Below the pieces are notes generated by a model that was not told where the DNA came from, did no database searches, and was given only the letters and a program-made list of their open reading frames with translations. Positions 24,758 through 25,914 of a stretch of DNA of 25,914 nucleotides are shown one piece after another. The position numbers and the translations under genes are program-made. Origin of the DNA: Bacteroidota bacterium. GTDB taxonomy: Bacteria; Bacteroidota; Bacteroidia; Cytophagales; Hymenobacteraceae. Numbering within the stretch: position 1 is the first letter of the stretch; each line of letters starts with the position of its first letter. Where the stretch lies: NCBI GenBank assembly GCA_023424725.1, contig JAFADQ010000358.1, positions 1 through 25,914 of the forward strand, in the 5' to 3' direction.

Positions 24758-25914
24758 TTATTGTTTCTGGAGTTTTAATACCCGCAGGCCTGAGGAGGTA
24801 GGTACGCGAACCAAATACATACCTGCCGGCCAGTGGCTGGTATGTATCTGAAATAGTTTGGTTTGGTTTGTGGTGGCGGTTAAAATGGCCTTCCCAGCCA
24901 GGTCGGTTATTACAATTTGGCCTTGTGGCAGGGCGTCTCCGGCCTGCAGCAGCACCAGGTCCGAAGCAGGGTTAGGATACAAAGCAAGCTTATCGGGAAC
25001 AGACATTTGGCCTGCGGCGGTGCTAACTATTCCGGAACCTAAACGGGCGAGCACCGGGTAAAATTGGGTACCGTTTCCGGGAAGGGCGATAGAATCTAAC
25101 TCTATGGCATAGCGCGACACACCGGCCACGAAACAGGTTCCGTTAGCGGCTCTTGCAATGGAGTGGCCCTGGAAAAACGAGTTGCTTCCGCCGGCGGTTT
25201 TTACCCAGTTTACCTGCCCGGCCGGTGAGCACTGCAATACAAACTGATGCTGCGCCACACCTCCTGTATTTGCGGTAACGCCGTTGCCAAAATCGTGACT
25301 GCCGCGCAGGTAACCCGTAACAATGGCGTTGTACTGGTCGTCTACTTCCAGAAAAGAGGTTTTGCCGGCCTGGCCATTATTAGAAGCATTAGCATCTAAG
25401 GCGCGCGCCCATAAAACCGCGCCTGCGGTATCGAGGCGGGCAATGTAAAAGTTAAGGCTGTTGCCCTGCGTTGTGCCAGCGGTAAGAGTATCGAAGGGCG
25501 AATTGCTGGTAAGTTTACCGGCCCAGTACACTCCGCCGTTGTTATCGGCCCGCACCTGCGAGAACGGGCAGGTAGCATCGCCTACAAATTTTACCCAAGC
25601 CAGACTTCCCGAAGCAGTATACCGGGCCACAAACTTATTATACCCGTTGCCCGGAACCTGAGGCGTAACCGCCGTGCCGCCAAAAGTAGCGCCCTGCATT
25701 TCGGCGCACGAGCCCGAAACATAAATATTGCCGTTCGCATCTACATCTACAGAGTTAAGGTCGCGCACTTCCTGATGCTCTATGGCCATTACCGGGTTGC
25801 CTGCCGCATCGAACTTTCTGATAAAACTTCCCCCATTAAGGCCCACGCTATAGGTAATGTAGCTGTTGCCATGCGCATCAAGGGCCAGCCCATCGGTTTT
25901 GGTAACATTAGCAA
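24758..25914 (-). CDS. SBBP-like beta-propeller repeat protein with T9SS type A domain (5' end outside the window)
   Basis: The frame is open to the window edge (ANVTKTDGLALDAHGNSYIT...); D.D.NGNIYVSG repeats; LYPNPA...DLAGK...GMYLVRV...KLQKQ. Confidence 0.88.
   Translation of the reverse strand, partial: ANVTKTDGLALDAHGNSYITYSVGLNGGSFIRKFDAAGNPVMAIEHQEVRDLNSVDVDANGNIYVSGSCAEMQGATFGGTAVTPQVPGNGYNKFVARYTASGSLAWVKFVGDATCPFSQVRADNNGGVYWAGKLTSNSPFDTLTAGTTQGNSLNFYIARLDTAGAVLWARALDANASNNGQAGKTSFLEVDDQYNAIVTGYLRGSHDFGNGVTANTGGVAQHQFVLQCSPAGQVNWVKTAGGSNSFFQGHSIARAANGTCFVAGVSRYAIELDSIALPGNGTQFYPVLARLGSGIVSTAAGQMSVPDKLALYPNPASDLVLLQAGDALPQGQIVITDLAGKAILTATTNQTKLFQIHTSHWPAGMYLVRVPTSSGLRVLKLQKQ

Overview
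A gene-dense chromosomal window from a Bacteroidota organism, probably Cytophagales-like. The evidence is four proteins with type IX secretion (T9SS) C-terminal domains, TAnnTT(T)G promoter-like elements and a DUF6452/DUF6048-like gene pair. Most genes are ordinary housekeeping or secreted functions: M1 aminopeptidase, fasciclin, rhomboid, polyprenyl synthase, acyl-CoA thioesterase, CPA2 antiporter, MscS, HEAT-cyclophilin, SBBP-repeat propellers and YqaE/Pmp3. An accessory block (about 4.9-9.2 kb) holds a LytS/LytTR system whose kinase is broken by one in-frame TAA, a divergent serine hydrolase, and an RHH/PemK-MazF toxin-antitoxin pair. A decayed surface-repeat gene lies at about 10-10.7 kb. 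The most interesting signals are non-coding or small: (1) two related structured RNA-like elements at 21.6 and 24.2 kb, one with a mutually exclusive terminator/antiterminator; (2) a phased cluster of DnaA-box-like 9-mers beside an AT-rich tract at 23.7 kb (oriC candidate); (3) a 78-aa ORF whose pattern resembles a stand-alone HK97 A-domain; (4) two different GTAG-type REP doublets; (5) readable LytTR and antitoxin operator sites. No rRNA, tRNA, CRISPR array, integrase or transposase was seen. All family assignments come from motif recognition by eye, not from database searches.
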